From contig NC_014205.1 in the NCBI RefSeq assembly GCF_000092465.1, positions 660,001 through 692,000 on the forward strand: 32,000 nucleotides of DNA, read 5' to 3'. A program made the position numbers and the translations under genes. The stretch is from Staphylothermus hellenicus DSM 12710. Lineage in GTDB: Archaea > Thermoproteota > Thermoprotei_A > Sulfolobales > Desulfurococcaceae. Shown here in pieces: positions 9,639 to 18,999 of this stretch (within the stretch, counting starts at the first letter, position 1; every line of letters begins with the position of its first letter). The notes below the pieces were generated by a model. The model was not told the DNA's origin and did not search any database. It was given only the letters and a program-made list of their open reading frames with translations.

Positions 9639-10757
9639 TTACTTTTCCTTAATAACAAGCAGTTTTTCCAAAGCATAACCTGTTTTGGGGTCGAATAAGA
9701 CTATTCTTTCTTGTGCTGGACAGACAGAAATAATTTGGTCGGGGCTAAGGATTAATGTTCTGCCTGTTATAATTTTAACTAATTGATCAGCTATCTCGGC
9801 GACAACGATGTTTTCTCTACCCATCGGTTCTACAGCATATATTCTGGCAGTTAAACATATTGTATCAATTTCTTGTGGAGAAATACTTGTGTCTTCGGGT
9901 CTGAAACCTATTATTACTTTTTTCAATCCTAGTTTTTGAAGTATCTCTCTATATTGTGGTGGAGCATGTATTTTGTTTCCATGAATTACCAAGTATATTT
10001 CATTATTTAAATACTCCACGTCTGCTTCAAGGAAATTCATGGGCGGGTTTCCAAGGAATCCTCCTACGAATAATGAGGCTGGCTTATTATATACTTCTTC
10101 GGGTGTTCCTACTTGAACTATTTTTCCCTCATTTATCAATGCTATTCGATCAGCCATAGCGAGGGCTTCAGCTTGGTCATGTGTTACATATATTGTTGTT
10201 ATTCCCAGGTTTTTCTGGAGTCTTTTAAGTTCTGCTCTAACACTAATTCTAAGTATAGCGTCTAGATTGCTTAATGGTTCATCAAGCAATAACACATCTG
10301 GTTCTTTAACTAATGCTCTAGCAATAGCTACTCTTTGCTGCTGACCGCCGCTGAGTTGCCATGGGTAACGATCTAGTAGCTTCTCGATCTTCAACATTTT
10401 AGTCACTTCTAAAACCTTCCGCCTTATCTCGTTTTCAGATATTTTCTTTAATCTTAGTGGAAAAGCTATGTTATCATATACTTTCATATGTGGATAAAGT
10501 GCCCAGTTCTGAAAAACCAGTCCCACATTCCTATCTTTAGGGGGTAGATTCGTTATGTCTTTGTCGTCAAAGAATATTTTTCCACTGGTGGGCTTATATA
10601 TTCCAGCTATCAAGTAGAGTGTTGTAGATTTACCGCTACCGCTTGGTCCCAGTAACGCTAGGAACTCACCGTGTCTAATAGTTAATGTAATATCTTTTAC
10701 TCCGACAACTTTGTTCCTAAATATTTTAGTAACCTTCTCCAGTCTAACCTCTACCAT
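9639..10757 (-). CDS. sugar ABC transporter ATP-binding protein (MalK/UgpC-like)
   Basis: Walker A GPSGSGKST, Q-loop FQNWALYPHM, signature LSGGQQQRVAIARAL, Walker B LLLDEPLSNLD, plus a roughly 130-aa C-terminal regulatory domain. Last gene of a four-gene minus-strand operon. Confidence 0.92.
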   Translation of the reverse strand: MVEVRLEKVTKIFRNKVVGVKDITLTIRHGEFLALLGPSGSGKSTTLYLIAGIYKPTSGKIFFDDKDITNLPPKDRNVGLVFQNWALYPHMKVYDNIAFPLRLKKISENEIRRKVLEVTKMLKIEKLLDRYPWQLSGGQQQRVAIARALVKEPDVLLLDEPLSNLDAILRISVRAELKRLQKNLGITTIYVTHDQAEALAMADRIALINEGKIVQVGTPEEVYNKPASLFVGGFLGNPPMNFLEADVEYLNNEIYLVIHGNKIHAPPQYREILQKLGLKKVIIGFRPEDTSISPQEIDTICLTARIYAVEPMGRENIVVAEIADQLVKIITGRTLILSPDQIISVCPAQERIVLFDPKTGYALEKLLVIKEK

Positions 10758-10761
10758 ATAA

Positions 10762-11637
10762 TCACCCCTTGATCCCGGAGACGCTTATTGTAAATATAAG
10801 TCTCTGCGCGAAGACGAAGAAAAGTATTGTTGGAAGCAAATATAATGTGCCAGCCGCAGCAACTAATGGTAAATAAGCGTATTCAGCATATGTGTTATCT
10901 TCAATAAACTTGGCAAGAGTAATATCTACCATAAATGTTCTAACATATATTAGATCCATCCATCCAGCTAAGAAGCCGAACAACATAACAGCTGCTAAAC
11001 CAGGCTTGATCATTGGCAACAATATTTTCCACCAAACCTTAAAACGAGAAGCCCCATCAACAATTGCGGACCATTCAATCTCCCATGGAATCATATCGAA
11101 GAAGCCTTTCATAAGCCAAGTAGCCATAGGGATCTCTATTGCGGCCCTAGCGACTATGACATAGAAGAAACTATAAATACTAACAAGCTCTAATGGAGGA
11201 ATAAATAATCTATAAATAAAATAAACTCCAACAACTAATACGCTACCTGGAAAAGCATGTAGGAGTATGAGTAGGGCTAACAAGTGTTTCCTACCTGGAA
11301 AATTCATTCTCGAAATAGCATATCCATTAAGTGAACCAAGTATTGTAACTAAGAAACTAATACCTAGAGCAACAATTAATGTATTCAATACTATTCTCCA
11401 AATATTCACATGAATTCCTGCAAAAGCCGCTGTTCTACCTTGGAACAATAATATCCAGTTAATTAGAGTTGGACGGAAACTGTTCAGATCAAGACTTGTA
11501 AACATTGTCTTGCTAAAACTTGAGAGAATCATTAATAGATAACCTGTTATCAAGGGTATAGAAGCCAATATTATAGCTAAAAATATTAGTATCTCACTGC
11601 TTCTCTTCCTAATCTCAACATCTCTCATACCGGGCAT
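10762..11637 (-). CDS. sugar ABC transporter permease (MalG-like)
   Basis: EAA loop WSAIVDGASRFKVWWKILLPMIKPG and six hydrophobic segments. I place the start at ATG 11637 (MPGMRDVEIRKR...), which forms a TAATG overlap with the upstream permease stop. The 67 extra N-terminal codons in the ORF track are Cys/Ser-rich and overlap that gene. Confidence 0.88.
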   Translation of the reverse strand: MPGMRDVEIRKRSSEILIFLAIILASIPLITGYLLMILSSFSKTMFTSLDLNSFRPTLINWILLFQGRTAAFAGIHVNIWRIVLNTLIVALGISFLVTILGSLNGYAISRMNFPGRKHLLALLILLHAFPGSVLVVGVYFIYRLFIPPLELVSIYSFFYVIVARAAIEIPMATWLMKGFFDMIPWEIEWSAIVDGASRFKVWWKILLPMIKPGLAAVMLFGFLAGWMDLIYVRTFMVDITLAKFIEDNTYAEYAYLPLVAAAGTLYLLPTILFFVFAQRLIFTISVSGIKG

Positions 11638-12614
11638 TATATATCGCCTCTCGGGGGCTTGATCATTTTCTCGAATCCCATGAGCTTCAATGTTATAATG
11701 CCTAGTATAGAAGAAACAATTACTAGAACAACTCCTGCTGCAGCAGCTAGTCCCTGATCCTGTATACCTGTGAGAAAAGCTGTATTGTAAACATATAGAC
11801 TCCACGTAGTACCATAATCTCTGTTTACAAGTCCCCATTTAACTAAGAGGAACAAGTGATCATATGTTGTTAAAAGACTGAGAAGCTGCCAAGTTGTAAC
11901 ATATGTGATGTGCCATTTAAGCATTGGTATAAGTATTTTACGTGTAATATCCCAGTTAGATGCTCCATCAACTCTTGCCGCTATCACTAATTCTTTAGGA
12001 ATATTGCTAATAGCTGATGTAAAAATAATCATTCCATAACTAACCCCTACTAACCCATTTACGAATACTATGATCGCCCATGCCCCCCAAGGCAGTATTT
12101 GTTGTCCGAGATCAATGGGTTCATCGATTATTCCCAGTTTTAACAATATACTGTTAAGTGTGCCTATACTGCTTGGATGAAAGAAATAATACCATATCAA
12201 ACTATATACGGCTACAGGAGTCATACGTGGTAACAACCATAATAACTGTGATGCGCCAGCAGCTTTCTCATTCATGAAAAATGTTCCAATAGCAAGTGCT
12301 AATCCTCCGATCACATTTATCGTTAAAGTTATTGATACGAATACTATTGTTGTAATCATAACGGCTTTAACAGATGGATCATGCGTTAATAAGTAAAATA
12401 ATCGATAATAGTTTTCTAAACCAATGAATTCCCCAGCATATTTATCTATGTTCCAGTTTCTTAAAGGCGTAAAACTCATATAAACAGAGATAATAATGGG
12501 AATAATGAAGAAAACTATTACAAAAAATAGTGCGGGAGCTAAAAACTTTGATGCATCACTCCTTAAGAATTCTCTAAGATTTGAAAAAAAGTATTTGAGT
12601 TTAAACCCTTTCAT
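11637..12614 (-). CDS. sugar ABC transporter permease (MalF-like)
   Basis: EAA loop IAARVDGASNWDITRKILIPMLK and multiple TM helices. Lies directly downstream of the binding-protein gene. Confidence 0.88.
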   Translation of the reverse strand: MKGFKLKYFFSNLREFLRSDASKFLAPALFFVIVFFIIPIIISVYMSFTPLRNWNIDKYAGEFIGLENYYRLFYLLTHDPSVKAVMITTIVFVSITLTINVIGGLALAIGTFFMNEKAAGASQLLWLLPRMTPVAVYSLIWYYFFHPSSIGTLNSILLKLGIIDEPIDLGQQILPWGAWAIIVFVNGLVGVSYGMIIFTSAISNIPKELVIAARVDGASNWDITRKILIPMLKWHITYVTTWQLLSLLTTYDHLFLLVKWGLVNRDYGTTWSLYVYNTAFLTGIQDQGLAAAAGVVLVIVSSILGIITLKLMGFEKMIKPPRGDI

Positions 12615-12626
12615 GAACTCACCTCT

Positions 12627-14285
12627 TTATGGAAAGCTCCATCCTGCAGGTATTTCGCCGATTATTTCTGTATTATCTTTAAGGTCTGGATCGGCATTGA
12701 TCTTTTGAACTAGGTAGTTTACCGCTTCCTCAGGGCTCATTTGTCCTCTTAATACCTTATCGATTGCATCAGCGAAGTAGTCAGCTAGTTTCGGATATAG
12801 TGGATGCACTGGTGTAAATGTTGTATATTCTAACATGTATGTTACATTCTTTAGGAACTCAATGTTTAATGGATTAGCTGTCTTTTCAATGATTGGTTTG
12901 ATCTCGTTCCTAACTTGATCCGACAATATAAACGATAATGATTTCAAGTTGTCTATCCATTGTTTGTTGCCGAGGAGATCTGCTGCCTCCTTTGTTACGG
13001 GTAGGTGTGAGGACATTATGCTGTGAAGAGCAATTATGTCTGGATCACTAGCTTTAACGACGAGTAGGAATGCTAGTTTATGATATAGATCTTTTAATCT
13101 ATCATAATCCGGGTTTTGATAACCTGCTTTACTATTAATTACCCAGGCAAACGGCTGGCTAAGGGTTACTGGTTTCTTCCCTGGCTCTCCTGCAGGGAAT
13201 AATGTATAGTAGAAGAACCTCTTAACCTCCTCGGCAGTAAGTGGTCTTAACTCTCCAGTATTCGGGTCTGTATAGTAAGATTTTGTCTGCCACTCTGTCC
13301 AGTGCCATACACCTCCTATGAATGCGAAGGTTTTACCGTCAACTACTGTTGGATGTATTTGTTTGCCCCAATCCCAACTCATCATATCGCTTGGTAATAA
13401 ACCAGCGTTAACGAAGGCTTTTTCTGTTGCAAACCACTTATACACTACTTCCTTATCTAGTACTAGCTTCCCTGTTTTCTCATCATATAGTTTTCCGCCA
13501 AATGCGTATATGAATTGTATTAGGTCTGGATGAGCTGATCCCTTTCTATGTATAAGTCCCCATTCAGCGCATCCCTTATCTTTTGCTTGCTTAGCTAAAT
13601 TATATAGATCCTTCCATGTGAATTCTCCGCTTTTCACTTTTTCAGCTAGTCCCGAAAGATCTATTCCTGCACATGCTGCAACATCTTTCCTAATATATAT
13701 TGGCCTAGCCTCTGTATCTTGTGGTATACCATAGATTCTACCATTATATTTCATTACAGTTATCAATGATTGATAGAATTTGTTTAGGAAGCCCGGATAT
13801 TTATTCAGGTAATCCGTAAGATCCAATATATATTCTTCATCTGCTAAGTTAGCTATATATATGTATCCATTAGCCATTATATCGGGTGCTTGTCCAAGAC
13901 CCCACTTATTAATATAGTCTCGATATATGGATTTTGGATTGGAAGCATAATATGTTGATACTTCTATTTTAACATTTATACCGTGATCACTCCATATCTT
14001 ATTGATTCTCTCAGCAGCTTCAACTATACCATATATTCTCATTACACTATTAGGGTCTCCACCGCTCCATACCGTGTACTTAACAGTATTTACTCCATTA
14101 TCCTGCAATGCCTTACCAATATTGACCGCATCAGTCTCTAAATTACCGGTTAATTCAACAGTTACTGGAGCACCCCCGCCACCCGTTTGCAACCATACAG
14201 CTATTCCAGCAATAACAGCAACAATAATTACTATGGTTATAATGATTGCTTGTAACCTAGTTAGAGCACTCGCCATATACACCAC
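12627..14285 (-). CDS. extracellular sugar-binding protein of a CUT1-type ABC importer
   Basis: 552 aa. N-terminal TM anchor IIITIVIIVAVIAGIAVWL followed by a GGGGAP linker, as in archaeal binding proteins. W/Y-rich body. First gene of the SBP-permease-permease-ATPase operon. The start could instead be the ATG 9 nt downstream. Confidence 0.8.
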   Translation of the reverse strand: MVYMASALTRLQAIIITIVIIVAVIAGIAVWLQTGGGGAPVTVELTGNLETDAVNIGKALQDNGVNTVKYTVWSGGDPNSVMRIYGIVEAAERINKIWSDHGINVKIEVSTYYASNPKSIYRDYINKWGLGQAPDIMANGYIYIANLADEEYILDLTDYLNKYPGFLNKFYQSLITVMKYNGRIYGIPQDTEARPIYIRKDVAACAGIDLSGLAEKVKSGEFTWKDLYNLAKQAKDKGCAEWGLIHRKGSAHPDLIQFIYAFGGKLYDEKTGKLVLDKEVVYKWFATEKAFVNAGLLPSDMMSWDWGKQIHPTVVDGKTFAFIGGVWHWTEWQTKSYYTDPNTGELRPLTAEEVKRFFYYTLFPAGEPGKKPVTLSQPFAWVINSKAGYQNPDYDRLKDLYHKLAFLLVVKASDPDIIALHSIMSSHLPVTKEAADLLGNKQWIDNLKSLSFILSDQVRNEIKPIIEKTANPLNIEFLKNVTYMLEYTTFTPVHPLYPKLADYFADAIDKVLRGQMSPEEAVNYLVQKINADPDLKDNTEIIGEIPAGWSFP

Positions 14286-14776
14286 CCCGAGATAGGAACT
14301 TTTAAGATACGATGATAAATGATTTGAATAGATGAGCTAAGAGGGGAAATTAGATGTATGTTTCCAATTAATTATATTATCAATAATAACTTTTAAACTA
14401 TTACTTGTCTTACCAGAAAGAGTTAAAACCTATCGATTCATGCCGATAACTTATTATATTCTTATTAATCGTATTACAGGCTAAATAGATGAAACAGTAT
14501 TCAGTTAATTTAACATATATATTTATATTAAATAATTAATCAAAACTAGAACAGAAACCTTGAACATTACAAATATTACATATATAAACAATACATATAT
14601 TTACTTGGAGACTTTTTGAAGCTTAAACATCGGTCTAATACTAGAGCCTTAATTGAACCAGTAGTTTTAGACATAGATTATACGTATAGGTTTTTGATTA
14701 GAAAATTTGTTTTTCACAATAATATATTTAACCTCACAATAGAAAATACATTATCAAAACTAGTGGTGAAGCCGGA

Positions 14777-16402
14777 TTGCCACGTCACTGGATCGATGAA
14801 CTAGCTGATAATCTCTATGAGAAGCTTTTGGAGAGGAGGAAAGAAGTCTATGTATTTAATGGTGGATTAAGTGTTTCAGGCCTCCAACATGTTGGACGAT
14901 TAAGGGGCGAAATAATCATTCCAGAAGTCATACGTAGAATATTGTCAAAGAAAGGACTGAAAATTAAACAATACATAACGCTCTATACACAAGATGCTTG
15001 GAAAGGTAAGAAAGCACAATTAAACGCTTTTCCGAACCCTAAGGAGGCAGAGAAATATAAGGGTTGGCCACTGATCAATGTCCCGGACCCAATGGGTTGC
15101 CATAAAAACTGGGTTGAACATTACTGGGAAGACTTCGGCCCTTACCTTAAAGAATTCACGGATGGAGAAATAGAAGTAGTTACAACTACTGATCTATATC
15201 GTGGAAAACTCTTGGAGTTCACATTGAAAACACTCGAGATCAGAGAAAAAGTTAGGAAAACAATAAACAAGTATCGTGGCAGAAAACCTTACCCCGAGAA
15301 CTGGATACCTTTCGAACCAATATGCAGTAAATGTGGAAGAATAGACTCTACCGAAGCATTAGAGATTATTGATCATGATAAGGTTAAGTATAGATGTAAA
15401 AACTGCGGATACATGGGAGTATCTGATCTAAGCAATGGAAAACTTAACTGGAGAATAGAATGGGTAGGAGTATGGTGGAGTCTGGGAGTAGATTTCGAGC
15501 CCTACGGTAAAGACCACGCTACACCGGGCGGTAGCCGTGATAGCTGTGCAGACCTTGCAGTCAATGTTTATGGAATAAAACCACCCGAGGGAATACCTTA
15601 TGAATGGGTTGCTATGCGCACAAAAGATAAAAAAGTATTAGATATGACAAGTAGTGGATTCATAGGATTTACCCCGAAGGAATGGTTAGAAGTGGCACAC
15701 CCACATATTTATAGATTCATAGTTCTCAGAACATCTCCAATGAAAAAAATCGTTCTAAGCCTATACGAAATACCTCAGTATTATAGCCAATACTATAAAG
15801 CTGAGAGAATCTATTATGGATTAGAGAAGGCTAAGAATGAAGAAGAGGAAGTTTTACTGAAAAGAAGCTATGAATTAAGCTATCCCAGAGGAGAACCTCC
15901 AGAAACTCCTCCAGAACAAGTATCCTATACTCATCTAGCAATACTATCCCAAATATTACCGTCCCAACTATGGAGAACTGAGGGGATAAAAAGATTAATA
16001 AACACAAAGATCATCCCAGAGAATCCATCCAAATATGGATTACAGAGAATACTTGAGACGCTTGAAAAAGCCCATGTATGGACAGAAAAATATGCTCCAG
16101 AAAACATGAAGTTCAAACTACTACCAGAACCAAAACCTGAAATAATAAAGACCATACCAGAGAAGCACAGAATCATTCTTAGAAAAATGAAAAAGCTCCT
16201 AGAGCAAATAGAGGAATGGAACGATGAAAACATAAAAAACGCAATGATCGCTGCAACCAAAGATCTAACAATGAATGAGAGAAAAAGGCTATATGAAGAC
16301 TTCTACAAGTTAATCATAGGGAAACCAAGCGGGCCAAGAGCAGCACCACTACTAGCTCTTCTAGGCAAGGAAAACAGCTTAAAATATTTCGAATACATCT
16401 GA
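14777..16402 (+). CDS. lysK: class I lysyl-tRNA synthetase homologue with divergent signature motifs
   Basis: Collinear, from my recollection of archaeal class I LysRS, with HWxD...SGxxHVG(N)xR, VPDPxGCH, NWxP, WxxLGVDFEPxGKDH, ERIYxG, YELS, KYAPE and a GPRxAxxLAxL tail. A CxxC...CxxC Zn ribbon is present (CSKCG...CKNCG). TTG start with GGTGAAG upstream. Confidence 0.8.
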   Translation: MPRHWIDELADNLYEKLLERRKEVYVFNGGLSVSGLQHVGRLRGEIIIPEVIRRILSKKGLKIKQYITLYTQDAWKGKKAQLNAFPNPKEAEKYKGWPLINVPDPMGCHKNWVEHYWEDFGPYLKEFTDGEIEVVTTTDLYRGKLLEFTLKTLEIREKVRKTINKYRGRKPYPENWIPFEPICSKCGRIDSTEALEIIDHDKVKYRCKNCGYMGVSDLSNGKLNWRIEWVGVWWSLGVDFEPYGKDHATPGGSRDSCADLAVNVYGIKPPEGIPYEWVAMRTKDKKVLDMTSSGFIGFTPKEWLEVAHPHIYRFIVLRTSPMKKIVLSLYEIPQYYSQYYKAERIYYGLEKAKNEEEEVLLKRSYELSYPRGEPPETPPEQVSYTHLAILSQILPSQLWRTEGIKRLINTKIIPENPSKYGLQRILETLEKAHVWTEKYAPENMKFKLLPEPKPEIIKTIPEKHRIILRKMKKLLEQIEEWNDENIKNAMIAATKDLTMNERKRLYEDFYKLIIGKPSGPRAAPLLALLGKENSLKYFEYI

Positions 16403-16549
16403 CAATTATTTCCCAATATTAATTCAAATTATTTAATAGTTTAAGTAAAAGCGATCAGTAAACAGAATAGTATTTGCTACTAAATATAAACAGACTGTGA
16501 TCAACTACATAGCTAAATATATAGTTAAGCAAGGTTTTATCATGTAAGG

Positions 16550-17173
16550 CTAGGTGTTTTTCGAGTATAGCATATAAAGTTTTGCTAGGTCCTCGACAGG
16601 ATTGTGTGAGTAATCAATTCTTAAATCAACTATTCTATCATATAGTTTACCATAATCTGTTTTACCGACAACTAGTATTGCAGCTGATCTATCCCCCCTT
16701 CTATCCCCTCCAATACTATGCCCCTTTTCAAGAGCATGTAATAAGGCAATCGGCACACCTTGATCCAGGTTATCTATGAAGGTGGTACACATCTCATATG
16801 GTATATTTTCTGAAACAACAAGGTTAGCTATAGATACACAATTTCCCGTACCATACCCACTATGTTTTTCCGGGATATTTTTACCATTATAGAAAGAATA
16901 GGAACTATTCCATGAGAGTACAGCTACTTGCCTATATTCACGTCGAGGATCATTCATCAAAGCCTTCATTAACGCATCTTCAACACTATAACCTTTCTCT
17001 AATAAATCTAGAATAATTGGGCCAAGTGATGGATTAGTATATGCTTGTGTAGCAACACCTCCAACAAGGCATTTAGCCCATGGCACACGAGAACCTACAG
17101 CGATACTGCCAGAAACAACCCCCACACCTAAGATATTATTTTTAGGATCAAATCCAATCAAGCTATACGTCAA
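16550..17173 (-). CDS. DUF1028-family protein (Ntn-hydrolase fold)
   Basis: MTYSLIGFDPKNNILGVGVVSGSIAVGSRVPWAKCLVGGVATQAYTNPSLGP and GGDRRGDRSAAILVV match the DUF1028 pattern (M-T-[FY]-S-I..., VGSxVPWA, ATQA, GGDxRGxQSAAL). Confidence 0.75.
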   Translation of the reverse strand: MTYSLIGFDPKNNILGVGVVSGSIAVGSRVPWAKCLVGGVATQAYTNPSLGPIILDLLEKGYSVEDALMKALMNDPRREYRQVAVLSWNSSYSFYNGKNIPEKHSGYGTGNCVSIANLVVSENIPYEMCTTFIDNLDQGVPIALLHALEKGHSIGGDRRGDRSAAILVVGKTDYGKLYDRIVDLRIDYSHNPVEDLAKLYMLYSKNT

Positions 17174-17552
17174 TATAGATCACCAATAGTGTTCTCATAA
17201 AGTTTGATAAATAGATTACAGGTAATAAAGGATTAAGGTAGAAAATAAACGCTATTAAACATGGTGCTTTATTAGATCATTTTTGCTTCAATATTATTAT
17301 CTAAAACCATAAAAACATAGGTTTCCACGGTATATTTTCAGAATGTGACAACAGAGGCCTTCCAACCAGTATCGTTCTCATTATAGTAGAAATAGTTGGT
17401 TTAGTGGATTAGTGTATGCCTTATTGATCATGATCCTCATAAATATATTGCTTAGAACAATTTATATTTCAAGCATTTAGCCAGGCATATTCATTTTTCT
17501 GCTTTCTCCAGCATTATATAGTGCATATTTTTTAAGGGGGCGGGGAAAGATT

Positions 17553-17606
17553 TATTACTTGTAATATATGTATTACATGTATGACAAATATTACAGGTGA
17601 AGCATT
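17553..17606 (+). promoter_or_regulatory. three TATTAC-headed direct repeats at exact 18-bp spacing; the first forms a TATTACttGTAATA palindrome; candidate operator over the promoter and 5' UTR
   Basis: TATTACTTGTA at 17553, TATTACATGTA at 17571 and TATTACAGGTG at 17589. The inverted half-site GTAATA is at 17561-17566. A TATA-like TTTATTA (17551-17557) overlaps repeat 1. AGGTGA (17595-17600) lies 10 nt before ATG 17610. Confidence 0.35.
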
Positions 17607-17609
17607 ATA

Positions 17610-18170
17610 ATGAGTTCCCAAGAAAAGAAAACATATACTATTCGAGGCTTAGATCCCCAACTATATAAAACATTTAGCGAAACAGCCAAAAAACTAGGAT
17701 TAAGTGTAGGAGAATTCATGAATGAAGCTATGAGGGTACTCTTAACTACCCTATCATTTTCCGGCGATGTAGGACAGAAAATTGGAAAGGAAGCATCTAG
17801 ACTCCTAAGCGAATTCATTAAATCCTCGCGGAAATCGCTAAAAGAAGCTGTGGAATCTGTTAAAAACACTATTATTGTTTCAGGAATAGAGGAGTTAGAT
17901 ATATCGAAAAATGATCTTGAAAGCATAGATAAACAAGTTGTATTGGTGAACATTAAAAAGCTATATATTAGCGATGATGTTGATTGGAGACTTTTAGATG
18001 AGAAAATAAAGAGTATAAAGATGGTTAATGAAATAAGCATTCCAAGCCATATCCCTAAACTATTATTTGCGAAAAAATGCTTTATGGTTAAAAGAATAAT
18101 AGTTAGAAATGAGAAAAAAGAAGAGGCAAGCCCCCAGAATGTGCCGAATAGCACTGGTGGTGAGCAGTAA
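17610..18170 (+). CDS. hypothetical protein with an N-terminal ribbon-helix-helix-like segment
   Basis: KTYTIRGLDPQLYKTFSETAKKLGLSVGEFMNEAMRVLL fits a strand-helix-helix (CopG/Arc-like) pattern. I do not recognise the remaining roughly 140 aa. Good SD and ATG. The mirror ORF on the minus strand has an S/L/F-rich antisense-type composition. Confidence 0.55.
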   Translation: MSSQEKKTYTIRGLDPQLYKTFSETAKKLGLSVGEFMNEAMRVLLTTLSFSGDVGQKIGKEASRLLSEFIKSSRKSLKEAVESVKNTIIVSGIEELDISKNDLESIDKQVVLVNIKKLYISDDVDWRLLDEKIKSIKMVNEISIPSHIPKLLFAKKCFMVKRIIVRNEKKEEASPQNVPNSTGGEQ

Positions 18171-18984
18171 GAAAGAAACTGTTAATGATATAATAGATTC
18201 TTTTATCCAAGCTAGCCAATACGATCCATACAAGGTCGAGATTAGTAAGACTAGGAACCCGAGACACCCTCATGGCTGGGGGTATACCCTCTTTAAATAT
18301 AACGGTGAATATATTAGCCAGTTCCATTACAGGAGTGTAAAACCAGTTTATGAAGACTATAATGGCATTGAACTTCTCAAAACCATAACTAGCGACGAAT
18401 ACTACAAGATCCTGTTATTACATTCGAGAGCTGCGTCCCAAGGACAGGTAAACCTTTTTAATACACATCCATTCTTCTATGGTGGAAAAAAGTATCAGTA
18501 CTGGATAGTTCATAATGGCGAGATGGAAATCAGTAAGCTTACGGATAGACTAGGTATAATGAAACAGAACATATCTGATTCTTATCTTCTAGGAAAACTA
18601 ATATATGAATTAATAAATTATCCCTCCGAGGAAAATATAATAGAAGCTCTAAGAGAAGCAAAGAAGTATACAAGATCAGCTATGAACACTATAAATATCT
18701 TCTATACCGATGATCAAAGGCTAATAGTGGCTGTTACATCATATGTTGTTAAAGAATACTTGGAGAATAAGAAATATATTGATTACTACAAGCTCTATTA
18801 TGTTGCTTCAAATAAGGAGGTGTTCCTAGGTTCTTCTACAATATTTTATTATCTACAAAAGAATAAATCTCCGATAATAAATAATGATATAGTTGATTTG
18901 ATCAATAAAGGAATAATCATAGAGGTTATTGATCGCGGAATCAAGATAGAACAGTTTGATATATGGGGAATGAAAACTAAATAA
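18139..18984 (+). CDS. class II glutamine amidotransferase-like Ntn hydrolase (YafJ/GATase_4-like)
   Basis: The internal ATG gives an N-terminus of MCRIALVV (Cys directly after Met, the Ntn nucleophile position). Then HPHGWGY, LLHSRAASQGQVNLFNTHPF, WIVHNGE, SDSY. Overlaps the upstream gene by 32 nt. The ORF-track start at 18109 would bury the Cys. Confidence 0.8.
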   Translation: MCRIALVVSSKKETVNDIIDSFIQASQYDPYKVEISKTRNPRHPHGWGYTLFKYNGEYISQFHYRSVKPVYEDYNGIELLKTITSDEYYKILLLHSRAASQGQVNLFNTHPFFYGGKKYQYWIVHNGEMEISKLTDRLGIMKQNISDSYLLGKLIYELINYPSEENIIEALREAKKYTRSAMNTINIFYTDDQRLIVAVTSYVVKEYLENKKYIDYYKLYYVASNKEVFLGSSTIFYYLQKNKSPIINNDIVDLINKGIIIEVIDRGIKIEQFDIWGMKTK

Positions 18985-18999
18985 TAGCATGGTGGTTCA

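Noticed and set aside
11638-11838. 67-codon N-terminal extension of the MalG-like permease ORF
   Set aside because: It overlaps the 3' end of the upstream permease in another frame and is Cys/Ser-rich and non-membrane-like. ATG 11637 gives a clean TAATG coupling and a normal permease N-terminus.
14616-14804. 62-aa plus-strand ORF upstream of and overlapping lysK
   Set aside because: It lies in the AT-rich promoter region, overlaps the lysK start and SD, and has no recognisable features.
17553-17606. Possible mini-CRISPR or tandem repeat
   Set aside because: There are only three units, only the first 6-11 nt of each 18-nt unit are conserved, and the array sits immediately upstream of a start codon. 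A promoter or operator explains it better.
17591-18154. 187-aa minus-strand ORF mirroring the 17610-18170 gene
   Set aside because: Its S/L/F-rich low-complexity composition is typical of the antisense strand of a K/E-rich gene. The plus-strand ORF has an SD, an ATG and a recognisable RHH-like N-terminus.
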